From: a virus
Taxonomy: Duplodnaviria > Caudoviricetes
Direction: 5' to 3' (one strand)
Virus record (IMG/VR): IMGVR_UViG_3300037484_000772
Location: 1-49,824 of that record
DNA: 49,824 nucleotides
Position 1 is the first letter of the stretch. Each line of letters begins with the position of its first letter. Both the position numbers and the translations under genes were made by a program. The notes beneath the pieces were generated by a model. It was not told the DNA's origin. It saw nothing but the letters and a program-made list of their open reading frames with translations, and did no database searches. Below, piece after piece: positions 16,878-25,072 of the stretch.

Positions 16878-19720
16878 GCTTCCACCTCCGGCGCGAGTGG
16901 AACGGCATCGACCACGTGCACGTTTTCGTAATCCCCGCGCGTAAAGGCTACTCGCACACCGGTGCATGGCACATCGACCGCGCGCGGCTCGAACGGCGTA
17001 GTGCTCTCTTCGTAGCCGAGCGTAATGTGCGCCTTCCACTGGTCCGGCGCGCTGTATTCGGACAGCGGGATGTCGCGCGCCTTGAACTCGTCGTAGATGG
17101 CCTGCTGGATCGCACGCAGGGCGGCGTTATCGTCGAGCAGCAGCACCAGCGCCCGGTAACCATCTTTCTCGAAGGCGTCGAGTGTCGAAGCGTGCAGAGT
17201 CAGGGCGGGCAGCCCCCGGACGGTCTTAAAAATATCCTCGAACGGCACGTCGTCCACGAGCGGGCAAAATACCAGCGTGATATGCAGCTGCGCTGCCGGT
17301 GTCCAGCGCGCCGCCACCAGCGCCGGGTGTTCGGCGATCAACTCCTCTTGCAGCGTGAGCACCGTCTCGATGTTTTCCAGGTACAGCACCACCGTGCCGT
17401 CCGGTACGCCCAAACTGGACTTGACCGCGCCGGGATACACCGCACGCTGCGGACCGCCGAAGAGGGGGATGCGCGTAAGGTCGCCGCGCGCGTCGGCATT
17501 GATAGCCCGGTAGCCACACTTGCAAACGGGCACGCCGTCGGCAGAATGCACACACTCCAGCACGTCCGAGCCGGGATACAGCCGCAGTTCCGCCCATTCG
17601 CTGGCGCGGTGAATCTGGCCGTTGGCGATCCGGCACGTCCGGCAGTGTTCGGCAGCGGCGTCCATCTCCCAGATCACCATCTGGTTGCCCTGGCCGGACA
17701 ACTGCCCCTGGCTGTACACGCGGCGCAGCGAATTCGACCAGAGGTCGAGGCGCGCGATAAAACTATCGCGCGAGGTAATCAGCGCCTTTTTGAGTTTCAG
17801 AAGTGCGGCGCGTAATTGCTCCTGAACGGCGGGATCGGTGGCCTGTTTAAGAAGCGCCTGCTGGCGCTGAATCTCCTCCACCTGGGGCAGCAGTTCCTTA
17901 AACACGTTGTTCGCCAGGCGCGTCCAGTAGCGCCGTTCGGCTTTCTCCGCGTCTTTCAGGGTGCCGCGTTCCGCTTCGGTCAACTCTTTGGTCGTCACGC
18001 CCACGTCGGCGAGACCCTGCTTAAACGCCGCCTCGAAGCCCGTGCTGATTTCCACGCGCCCCAGGTCACCAAATTCCGTCCGGCCAATTTGCCGGGCGAA
18101 CGCGCGGCGGATCAGGTCGTAAATCGCGGCGCGATAATTTTGCTCCACGTCGGCGAACGCCTTGAGCGCGCGCCACGTGGCGGTTTGCTGCCAGTAGGTC
18201 TTCGCGGCGGCCAGTAACTCGTCCGTATCGTCATCCAGGGCCGTCAGTACGCGCACCAGCGCTACCACGTCAGGCGGCAGCAGGATCGCCTTAAACGCAT
18301 GGGCCGGCCCGTGACGGCTGATGACCCGCACGCAGTCCTTGAGTTCTTTGAACAGGCCGTCGGACAGCCGATCCGTTTCCGTCGCGGCGGCGAGTACGGC
18401 CTGGCTCTGGACCGGGCGCGGCGGCAGCAAGGCGGGCGTCGTCGTCGTCGTCAGAGAGAGAGGTGACGGGCTGGCCGTGGGCAAGCTCGGCCAGGTGGAC
18501 GTCGATACGGGCGGCTGGTTGGCGACCTGGACGATCACGTCGGCGCTCATCGGTTGGCCGTTGATCACGTAAATATCCTTCAGCCGCTCGTCGGGTTCGA
18601 CACCCGCCTTAATCCGCGCTTCGTACAGCGTCAGCCAGCCGCCTTCGACCTGCTGGTTGGCGAGTTCGGTATTGGCGCGGGCATCGTCCTCGAATACCTC
18701 GTCAAACGCCGGAACCAATCGCGCGTCCCCGCCGAATTCGGGCACGAGCTGCATGTTAAACTGCGTGGCGTACCACTTGCAGCGCGCCTTGACAAAGTAG
18801 CGCGCCCAGGATTTGTCGCTCTGAAAAAGTTCGGCATACGTGGACGACGTGGGCAGCAGCAGATCGAGCGGCACGTCGAACGCCATCGCTATCGCTTCGC
18901 GGGCGTCGTCTTTTAATTCGCCCATGCCGATCTCGTCAAACTGCTGCTGAATCTGTATCCACTCCCAGCGGCCCGACGAGATCAGCGTGCGCCCGGCATT
19001 CTGCGCGCCCTTGAGCACCGTCTTGAGCAGCGCCAGCATCCCGCGCCGCTCCTTTTCGGACGGCGGGCTGACATCCGGGTCTTTGGGCTGCAAGATGGCG
19101 GCCGGCACGGCCCGGTTGCGCAAGAACCAGAGCGCCGTCTGCGCGGCCTCGGTTTCGACTCCCGCCTCGTCGAACGCGGCTTCTGCCGGGGAGACGCCAC
19201 CGAAGTCGTTATCAAAGTCTACGCCGAACATAAACACGCCGTCGGCGCGTTTGATGTAGGCGTTGGGAAACGCGCGGGTATCGACTCCGACCAGGCGGAA
19301 TCCACGCAGGCCGTCCCGGTAATCCACGTCCAGGCGATAACTCTTTGGATTCAGCCAGGTCAGGCCATGCACGCGCCCGGAGATCATCCGTTCCTTGAGG
19401 ATCAGGTTGTGGCCCCAAAAGCACGCCGTCAGTTCGGAGCGCAGCATCAGGTCCTGGAAACCCAGGTTGTCGTGGAACAGCGCATTGAGCGGGTGGTTTT
19501 TGATCTCGGCGTTGTTGCGATCTACCACGCGATAGGGCACTTGCGACACGACCAGCGCGCGCAGGTTAGCCGCGCGGTAGGCCGTCACGCAGACGGCATA
19601 CATACGCGCCAGGTCCGCCGTCGTCGCGTCGCTGCGCTGCAAGGCGATCAGGTCTTCGAGCGAAGACTTGAAGGCGTGCAGACGACGATCCGATCCGGCG
19701 ATGGCAATGGGTAACGTCAT
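16874..19720 (-). CDS. Portal protein fused to a MuF/SPP1 gp7-like domain and a C-terminal 2H phosphoesterase (LigT/Acb1-like)
   Basis: HK97-type portal motifs (GGVSP, FLRNRAVP, IAMAFDVP, WLTLYEAR); Pro/Ser/Thr linker; MuF-like W...HCRTC...CKC; two HxT motifs LHITL and AHITL. ATGA overlap with terL. Confidence 0.85.
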   Translation of the reverse strand: MTLPIAIAGSDRRLHAFKSSLEDLIALQRSDATTADLARMYAVCVTAYRAANLRALVVSQVPYRVVDRNNAEIKNHPLNALFHDNLGFQDLMLRSELTACFWGHNLILKERMISGRVHGLTWLNPKSYRLDVDYRDGLRGFRLVGVDTRAFPNAYIKRADGVFMFGVDFDNDFGGVSPAEAAFDEAGVETEAAQTALWFLRNRAVPAAILQPKDPDVSPPSEKERRGMLALLKTVLKGAQNAGRTLISSGRWEWIQIQQQFDEIGMGELKDDAREAIAMAFDVPLDLLLPTSSTYAELFQSDKSWARYFVKARCKWYATQFNMQLVPEFGGDARLVPAFDEVFEDDARANTELANQQVEGGWLTLYEARIKAGVEPDERLKDIYVINGQPMSADVIVQVANQPPVSTSTWPSLPTASPSPLSLTTTTTPALLPPRPVQSQAVLAAATETDRLSDGLFKELKDCVRVISRHGPAHAFKAILLPPDVVALVRVLTALDDDTDELLAAAKTYWQQTATWRALKAFADVEQNYRAAIYDLIRRAFARQIGRTEFGDLGRVEISTGFEAAFKQGLADVGVTTKELTEAERGTLKDAEKAERRYWTRLANNVFKELLPQVEEIQRQQALLKQATDPAVQEQLRAALLKLKKALITSRDSFIARLDLWSNSLRRVYSQGQLSGQGNQMVIWEMDAAAEHCRTCRIANGQIHRASEWAELRLYPGSDVLECVHSADGVPVCKCGYRAINADARGDLTRIPLFGGPQRAVYPGAVKSSLGVPDGTVVLYLENIETVLTLQEELIAEHPALVAARWTPAAQLHITLVFCPLVDDVPFEDIFKTVRGLPALTLHASTLDAFEKDGYRALVLLLDDNAALRAIQQAIYDEFKARDIPLSEYSAPDQWKAHITLGYEESTTPFEPRAVDVPCTGVRVAFTRGDYENVHVVDAVPLAPEVEA

Positions 19721-21174
19721 GCCGTCGCCTCCCATCCGGCCCTGGGCCGCTTCAACGCCACAATGGATAAGGCGTCGCTGTCGGCCAGATCGTCATGCTC
19801 CCCTTCTGGCGCGCGCAGCGTATTGCCCTCGATGCTCGCCAGTTGGGTATAGGTCACGAAGGTGTGCAAGACACCCTCCTCGTTACGGTAAAAATCGGCA
19901 GCGGCGTCGTACAACTTGGCCTTTCCTAACGTGGTGCTGTGCCAGCCCTCTTTGCCATCGAAGCCCGTCAGTCGTTGCAGCTTCGAGTGATCTCTCAACC
20001 AGAGCAGCACCGCGTGCCCGTGATTGTTGCGTTCGACCATCAGCGCCGCCCGGTTAAAATATCGCCCGATCACATCGGCGTGCGCCGCCAGCGTGGACGG
20101 CTGAAATTTCCCGCGCAGACTGGCGACTTCCTCACCGGTCTGTATACACCGGAAGGTCATGGCCGAATCGTCACTGGTCGGGTTACCTTCGGCTGGGTCC
20201 AGGCCGCCCACATACTGATGACCCTTATGCGGTAGTTTATAAATCCGCAACCCAGGGATCGACGGCGCACCCTCCGGGAGCGGGTCTAATCCGCCCATTT
20301 CGACCAAACATTTTTGTAACCACGCGGGCGCAATCCGCTTATCCAACGTCCGCGCGGCGAGCGCTTGGGCATCGGTCTCCGGGTACTGCTCGTGCAGCTC
20401 ATCTTCGCTGCCCGTCGTGCTCAACTTGTCGATGCGCTGGGCTTCGTACCACGCCTGATCACGCCCCGGATGCGCGTACCAGGGCAGAAAAACCGCTGCC
20501 CAGGCGTTGGCCTTCTCCTTAGCCGCTTTGTAGATGGCCTTAAACCGCGACTGGGGCCGCCCTTTGTCGGGCCGGGAGAGCAGGATCATCTGACCGCCGT
20601 TATCAATCGTCGGCTTGACGCTCGCCATAATCCGGTCCTGGTCAGGGATGAGATCAAACTCATCGCCGATCACCAGCGTGACCGTGTACGAGTCACCCGC
20701 CGTCGTGGGCATAGCTTTCGCGCGCGAGCCGTTGGACAGTTCCCATTCGTGTTTGCTGTCGGTCACGACCCGGCGCGCCCGCATCCAGCGCGGCAAACGG
20801 CGGTACATGTTCTTGAGCCGGAAGTCGAGCAGGTCAATCGCTTCGTCATCGCGGCGGCTGTAGAGCAGCACCGTCGCGGCGGGGTGAAACAGCATCAACC
20901 ACAGCGCGTAACCCAACGCGAGCCAGGTCAATCCGATCTGTCGTGCTTTCAGCACGACCACCAGCCGTTCCGCCTGAAATACTTTTAAGGTGCGCGCCTG
21001 GGCGGGCCACAGCCTGAACAGAATCCAATCTTTGATCAGCGCGTCGTAAATGTGGACGTAGTGATGAATGAAATAGAGCGGCGACTCGGCACACGCCAGC
21101 CACTCGTGCTTCTCGGCATCGGTGAGACTACTCGGCGCGGTCGCCGCTAGGGTCGTCTGTACTGCCGTTGTCAT
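19717..21174 (-). CDS. terL: Terminase large subunit
   Basis: Walker A LKARQIG, Walker B VIGDE, RNase H-like GLDPAEG, VERNNHG, HDDLADS. Confidence 0.95.
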   Translation of the reverse strand: MTTAVQTTLAATAPSSLTDAEKHEWLACAESPLYFIHHYVHIYDALIKDWILFRLWPAQARTLKVFQAERLVVVLKARQIGLTWLALGYALWLMLFHPAATVLLYSRRDDEAIDLLDFRLKNMYRRLPRWMRARRVVTDSKHEWELSNGSRAKAMPTTAGDSYTVTLVIGDEFDLIPDQDRIMASVKPTIDNGGQMILLSRPDKGRPQSRFKAIYKAAKEKANAWAAVFLPWYAHPGRDQAWYEAQRIDKLSTTGSEDELHEQYPETDAQALAARTLDKRIAPAWLQKCLVEMGGLDPLPEGAPSIPGLRIYKLPHKGHQYVGGLDPAEGNPTSDDSAMTFRCIQTGEEVASLRGKFQPSTLAAHADVIGRYFNRAALMVERNNHGHAVLLWLRDHSKLQRLTGFDGKEGWHSTTLGKAKLYDAAADFYRNEEGVLHTFVTYTQLASIEGNTLRAPEGEHDDLADSDALSIVALKRPRAGWEATA

Positions 21175-21802
21175 TCAGGAGTTGGTCCTCAAACTGCTGC
21201 GCTTTATCGCGCGCTTTCGCTAAATCGTCAGAGGTGATACCGGTGACAGTGGCATCAACCTGCTGGCGCTCGGTAGGCATTTCCGCCGCCAACCGCTGGA
21301 GCTTGCTGGCTGTCGCGGCGGCGTCGGACACTTCACCGAGCTTCAGGCCCATCGTGATGACTTCTCGATCCGGCTGGCCCTGACTGCCCTTGATAACCCG
21401 GCGCGTCGTCTTCAAAAACTGCGGAACCTGCTCCAGCGCGGCGTTGGCCTGTTCACGCAACTTTTCGCCGGTTGTCCAATCGTCCTCACGTAGTTGGCGG
21501 CGGCGTTCTTCCCACAACGCCTGGTCGCGCTGGTTGCGCTCTGCCGTCCAGGCCTCGAGGCGCTTTTGCCACTCGTGGATGACGGACCATTCTTTCAAGG
21601 TACTAAGCCGTCTGGTGGGTGGCTTTTCTGGTCCCACTTTAGCCGCGCCCTGGTCCTGGTATTGCGCGATTAATTTTGCTAAACTGCGACCGGACCCCAT
21701 CCGCACGTAATCCAGAAAAGCAGCGTGCGCTTTCAGTGTCTCGTCGTCGCGTTTTGCCAGGGCTTCCCAGGCTGCGGGGTCGTAGTCAGACTGATCGGCC
21801 AC
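21128..21802 (-). CDS. terS: Terminase small subunit
   Basis: Overlaps the terL start; ET.KAH.AF..Y..MG..RSL and W...HEWQKR HTH-type pattern. Confidence 0.75.
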   Translation of the reverse strand: MADQSDYDPAAWEALAKRDDETLKAHAAFLDYVRMGSGRSLAKLIAQYQDQGAAKVGPEKPPTRRLSTLKEWSVIHEWQKRLEAWTAERNQRDQALWEERRRQLREDDWTTGEKLREQANAALEQVPQFLKTTRRVIKGSQGQPDREVITMGLKLGEVSDAAATASKLQRLAAEMPTERQQVDATVTGITSDDLAKARDKAQQFEDQLLNDNGSTDDPSGDRAE

Positions 21803-21803
21803 A

Positions 21804-23132
21804 TTACGCGCCCTCCGCCAACAGCGGCGTTAAACCCATGCCGGCCAGTCTTTCAAGAATGGCCCCGCAAAACTCAGGGGCCAACTCTAAACCAAAAACT
21901 AATCGGCCCAGCTTCTCCCCGGCGATGTATTGACTCCCTGATCCCGCGAACGGCTCATAACACACCTCGCCCTGGCGCGTGTGCTGGAGCATCGGAATCT
22001 CGAACAGCTCAACAGGCTTCGAGGTCGGATGATCCGCGCTCGTCCCGACCTTGACCGTCGGGAAGGCCCACACCGTCGAGACGTGCTCGGCATCCGGCAC
22101 ACGATAGGGGCGGTGGCCCTTGCGCCAGCCCATGAGACACGGTTCGTGCTGCCACATATAATGGCTGCGGGTCAGGATGGGCCGATCTTTCGCCCAGATA
22201 ATCTGCTGGTGGACAAACGCGCCGTACCGCTCCCACACCCGCTCCAACATCGCCTGGTTGCGGCTCGCGTGCCAGCAGTACCAGGCCGCGTCCTCGACGA
22301 TAGCGATCTCCACCGCGCGGGCGATAAAGCCATCGTAGAGGTCTTCGCCCTGCGCCGCGTCGTCCCAATCGTGGTAGGAGTCTGACCAGTCTTTATTGCC
22401 GTCTTTTTTATTCCAGGCGTGCGGGTGATTTTCGCCCGTGTAATCCACCAAATAAGGGGGATCAGTCGAAAAAAGAACAGCGCGCTGGCCGTCCATCAGC
22501 CGCGCCACGTCGCCCGCGTTCGTGCTGTCGCCGCACAGCAGCCGGTGATGCTGGCCGGGCAGCGTCAGCGACGGAATGAGCCACAGTTGGCCGCGGGCCG
22601 TCTGCCATTTTTCGCGCAGCTCGGCGGCGCGATCCGTCTGCGGGCCAGGATCGGCGACTTCGCCCGCCTCGTCGAGGGTCACGCCGTACTGGTGCGCGAC
22701 CAGGTGCAGCAAGTCCAGTGCCGCTTCATCCCCGGCCAACATGGGCGCATCCTGCGCCAGGTGCAGCAGCGCGAGCAGCGCGTCGGTATCGGCGCACGCC
22801 ATGCTGGTAATCGCGTCAAACGTCGCCAGCGCGACGGTTTCTTCTTCTTCGGTGAGATCGGTAACGAGTACCAGCACGGGCGTTTGGGGATCGGCGCTGA
22901 ATAACTTTTTACGCAGGTGACCGTCAAAAATGCGATTGGTGGGTGCGTTATACCGCACCACGTCAATCACCCCGATCTGCCGCATCATGGCGTCGAGGCT
23001 CTTTTCCTGCGCGGGCGGATGGGAGCGCCAATTTTTCGGATGATTCAGCAGCTCCCCAACGGGCATCACCCGCAGACCGATGATCCGGTTGCGGTAAGGG
23101 CCGATGGTCGTTGGCAAACTATCAGTCGTCAT
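21804..23132 (-). CDS. ParB-N-fused DNA amino-methyltransferase
   Basis: N-terminal HPKNWRSH...IFDGHLR; HRLLCGDS, TDPPY, HPTSKP, EPFAGSGS; start MTTDS coupled to the upstream stop. Confidence 0.9.
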   Translation of the reverse strand: MTTDSLPTTIGPYRNRIIGLRVMPVGELLNHPKNWRSHPPAQEKSLDAMMRQIGVIDVVRYNAPTNRIFDGHLRKKLFSADPQTPVLVLVTDLTEEEETVALATFDAITSMACADTDALLALLHLAQDAPMLAGDEAALDLLHLVAHQYGVTLDEAGEVADPGPQTDRAAELREKWQTARGQLWLIPSLTLPGQHHRLLCGDSTNAGDVARLMDGQRAVLFSTDPPYLVDYTGENHPHAWNKKDGNKDWSDSYHDWDDAAQGEDLYDGFIARAVEIAIVEDAAWYCWHASRNQAMLERVWERYGAFVHQQIIWAKDRPILTRSHYMWQHEPCLMGWRKGHRPYRVPDAEHVSTVWAFPTVKVGTSADHPTSKPVELFEIPMLQHTRQGEVCYEPFAGSGSQYIAGEKLGRLVFGLELAPEFCGAILERLAGMGLTPLLAEGA

Positions 23133-23830
23133 AGCAGCGCAAAAATCCAACTGGATAGACTCAAGGCGATTCCGGCCCGGCGATGCTCACGCGCGACCAC
23201 GTAGATCGTCGGAACCAGCGAGTACAAAGCCAGGTACGGCGTCAGCAGCACCGACGCCACGCAGCCCCACATCACCGAGCGCGCGCGCCAGGCGCGCCAT
23301 AACGCCCACAGGCCCAGCGGCCAGGTGTACCGCCACAGCGCCCAGTTGTGACCATAACCGATGATCGTGTCCTGATGCTCGACGATGTTTAGCGGCCAGC
23401 GCCATAACGCAAAGGCCACCAGCGCGGCCAGCGCCAGGGGAACCAGGTAAACCCAGCGCTGCGGATGAAGATATGTCACCAGCACCAGCCCGGTCGCTTG
23501 CGGCTTGACCGTCAGTAAAAATGGCGCGAAAAACCCCGGTCCGCCCAAGCCAAAAAGGGCATACCAGTCGGTATTGGCAAGCCACATCAGCAGCACGAAG
23601 GGCAGCGACAGGCCGACCACCGGAAGCAGGTCGATGCGGCGCTCGCGGTAAGCCATTACGCCGAGCGCCAGGCAGGGTAAGGCCGGGGCAAGAACATCGG
23701 GCATCCAGAGCAGGGGGATGACGAGCACAAAAAGCCAGGGCGCGTGATAGACACCCTTGAGCTGATAAGGATTTTGACCGGAGAGCAGCGCACGCGCCGC
23801 CCCGGTGAAGACTTGCCAATCGATGCCCAC
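23129..23830 (-). CDS. Polytopic membrane protein, GT87/DUF2029-like glycosyltransferase
   Basis: Start moved to GTG 23830 (GGAG RBS); DW.VF..AARALLSGQNPY...Y.APW, KPQ and TPY motifs; multiple transmembrane segments. Confidence 0.7.
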   Translation of the reverse strand: MGIDWQVFTGAARALLSGQNPYQLKGVYHAPWLFVLVIPLLWMPDVLAPALPCLALGVMAYRERRIDLLPVVGLSLPFVLLMWLANTDWYALFGLGGPGFFAPFLLTVKPQATGLVLVTYLHPQRWVYLVPLALAALVAFALWRWPLNIVEHQDTIIGYGHNWALWRYTWPLGLWALWRAWRARSVMWGCVASVLLTPYLALYSLVPTIYVVAREHRRAGIALSLSSWIFALL

Positions 23831-23845
23831 ACACGCTCCGCAAAC

Positions 23846-23868
23846 AAAAACGACACGATGTCGTATTT
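23846..23868. repeat. Dispersed palindrome copy 2 (AAAAACGACA-CGA-TGTCGTATTT)
   Basis: Read directly; 15 nt upstream of the GTG of the first putative late gene. Confidence 0.85.
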
Positions 23869-23874
23869 CGACGC

Positions 23875-24160
23875 CGTGCCGTCGCGGGCTGCACACGGGC
23901 AGCCTGTCCCTAACCACCCCACCCCGGTGATCATCCGGGATGGTCCTGGTGTTTACCGTCGCATCGCTCCGCGTCGGCCTGCGGCACACCAGGAAGCCTC
24001 AATTTAAATTAGCAAGCCTCGGCAGGGTCTTTGTTCACGGAGAGGCCCTGCCCTAAACTCCGTTTCGGCCAGACACGCCAGAGGGGGAACATGGGTAAAT
24101 CTGGCCCCGCCGCGCCGTGCGCGAACTGCGACTGATCGGCGCGGTACTCATTCGTCAACC
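23875..24160 (-). other. Long non-coding, hairpin-rich leader of the late operon (candidate cis-regulatory RNA)
   Basis: At least six 6-10 bp stems; extended -10-like TGCTATCCT at 24172-24164. Confidence 0.45.
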
Positions 24161-24231
24161 TCTAGGATAGCACAAATGAGCGGACGCAAAACATGAGACG
24201 AATCACTAGAGACGGCGCACTAAAACAAAAA

Positions 24232-24465
24232 TTAAGTCTCAGGTGGGGGTTGCCAGGACGATTTTGTGACGGCGTAGGTGTATCGTGTCAGCCATTTGAT
24301 GCGCCTATCAAGTTCGAGCTGCATCATAAGGATAGAGACGTACTGCGGCGACATCTCCAGGTGTTCCGCAATCTGCTGCTGTGTCGGCGGCGTCTTTAAC
24401 TCTACGCCCAATGTGCAGATCGCCTCGAAAACATCCTCTTTGCGCTTTCCGTAGCGACGGCTCAT
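24232..24465 (-). CDS. Small winged-helix DNA-binding protein (LexA-N-like)
   Basis: PPTQQQIAEHLEMSPQYVSILMMQLE HTH; last gene before the late leader. Confidence 0.75.
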   Translation of the reverse strand: MSRRYGKRKEDVFEAICTLGVELKTPPTQQQIAEHLEMSPQYVSILMMQLELDRRIKWLTRYTYAVTKSSWQPPPET

Positions 24466-25039
24466 GGCCGATTCCCCCCCCCCCGTTTTTGGTTGCCCTG
24501 ATAGCCTTTGCCATCCCGATCTTCACCAGCCGCTCCGCGTCCAGCAGATAACACGCCGAATGTCCCTGGTGCATCTTTTTGAGCCACCAGTCAGCGTCGC
24601 GGTGAGAAGCGCGGGCATAAATCTGCGCGATCTGGACATCGTGGCGTTTCATGTGATCCAATTCGGTGCGGTGGTAATCGGCATCTTCCCAGGTGTTAAG
24701 CACCATAACCGACGAGTGCACGCCGATGCCCGCCAGAGGATAGACGTATCGTTTGCTACACGCCGCCCAGATAAACGAACTTGAACTTTGAGCTTTGCCT
24801 ATCAATTCTCCACTGACATTTCCGTCCGCCCGGAGCAGATCGGCAATTGCAAGCCCCGCCGAGGCCGTGCCGCCATCGCCCCAGCAGCGCAGGATCAATC
24901 GCGCATCGGGATGCAAGTGGCGACCCAGCGCCAGAGACCAGGACATCTGGATATAGGCATCTTCGTCAATATTGCCAGGCAAGATGATAATGCCGAACTC
25001 CTCTAGAAGAGGTTGTTTTTCACGTTGGCTATCCAGCAT
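24308..25039 (-). CDS. ClpP-like protease domain protein; C-terminus probably frameshifted at a G11 tract
   Basis: IILPGNID, GDGG...GLAIADLL, GKAQSSSS, KRYVYP...GVHS, LLDAERLVKIG. The tail after G11 overlaps the next gene by 158 nt. Confidence 0.7.
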   Translation of the reverse strand: MLDSQREKQPLLEEFGIIILPGNIDEDAYIQMSWSLALGRHLHPDARLILRCWGDGGTASAGLAIADLLRADGNVSGELIGKAQSSSSFIWAACSKRYVYPLAGIGVHSSVMVLNTWEDADYHRTELDHMKRHDVQIAQIYARASHRDADWWLKKMHQGHSACYLLDAERLVKIGMAKAIRATKNGGGGIGHEPSLRKAQRGCFRGDLHIGRRVKDAADTAADCGTPGDVAAVRLYPYDAART

Positions 25040-25072
25040 AAATCCTCGATATGATTCTCACTGTAAACATTT

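Noticed and set aside
14033-19720. Stop-codon reassignment as the cause of the long fusions
   Set aside because: The fusions are open in the standard code, and TAA, TAG and TGA all terminate genes normally in this window.
24060-24110. Hammerhead ribozyme (stem followed by CGAAAC)
   Set aside because: The required CUGANGA core is absent upstream of the stem.
24053-24151. 32-aa leader peptide MSTAPISRSSRTARRGQIYPCSPSGVSGRNGV
   Set aside because: It has a weak GAGG RBS but no coding features. It cannot be supported without conservation or ribosome data.
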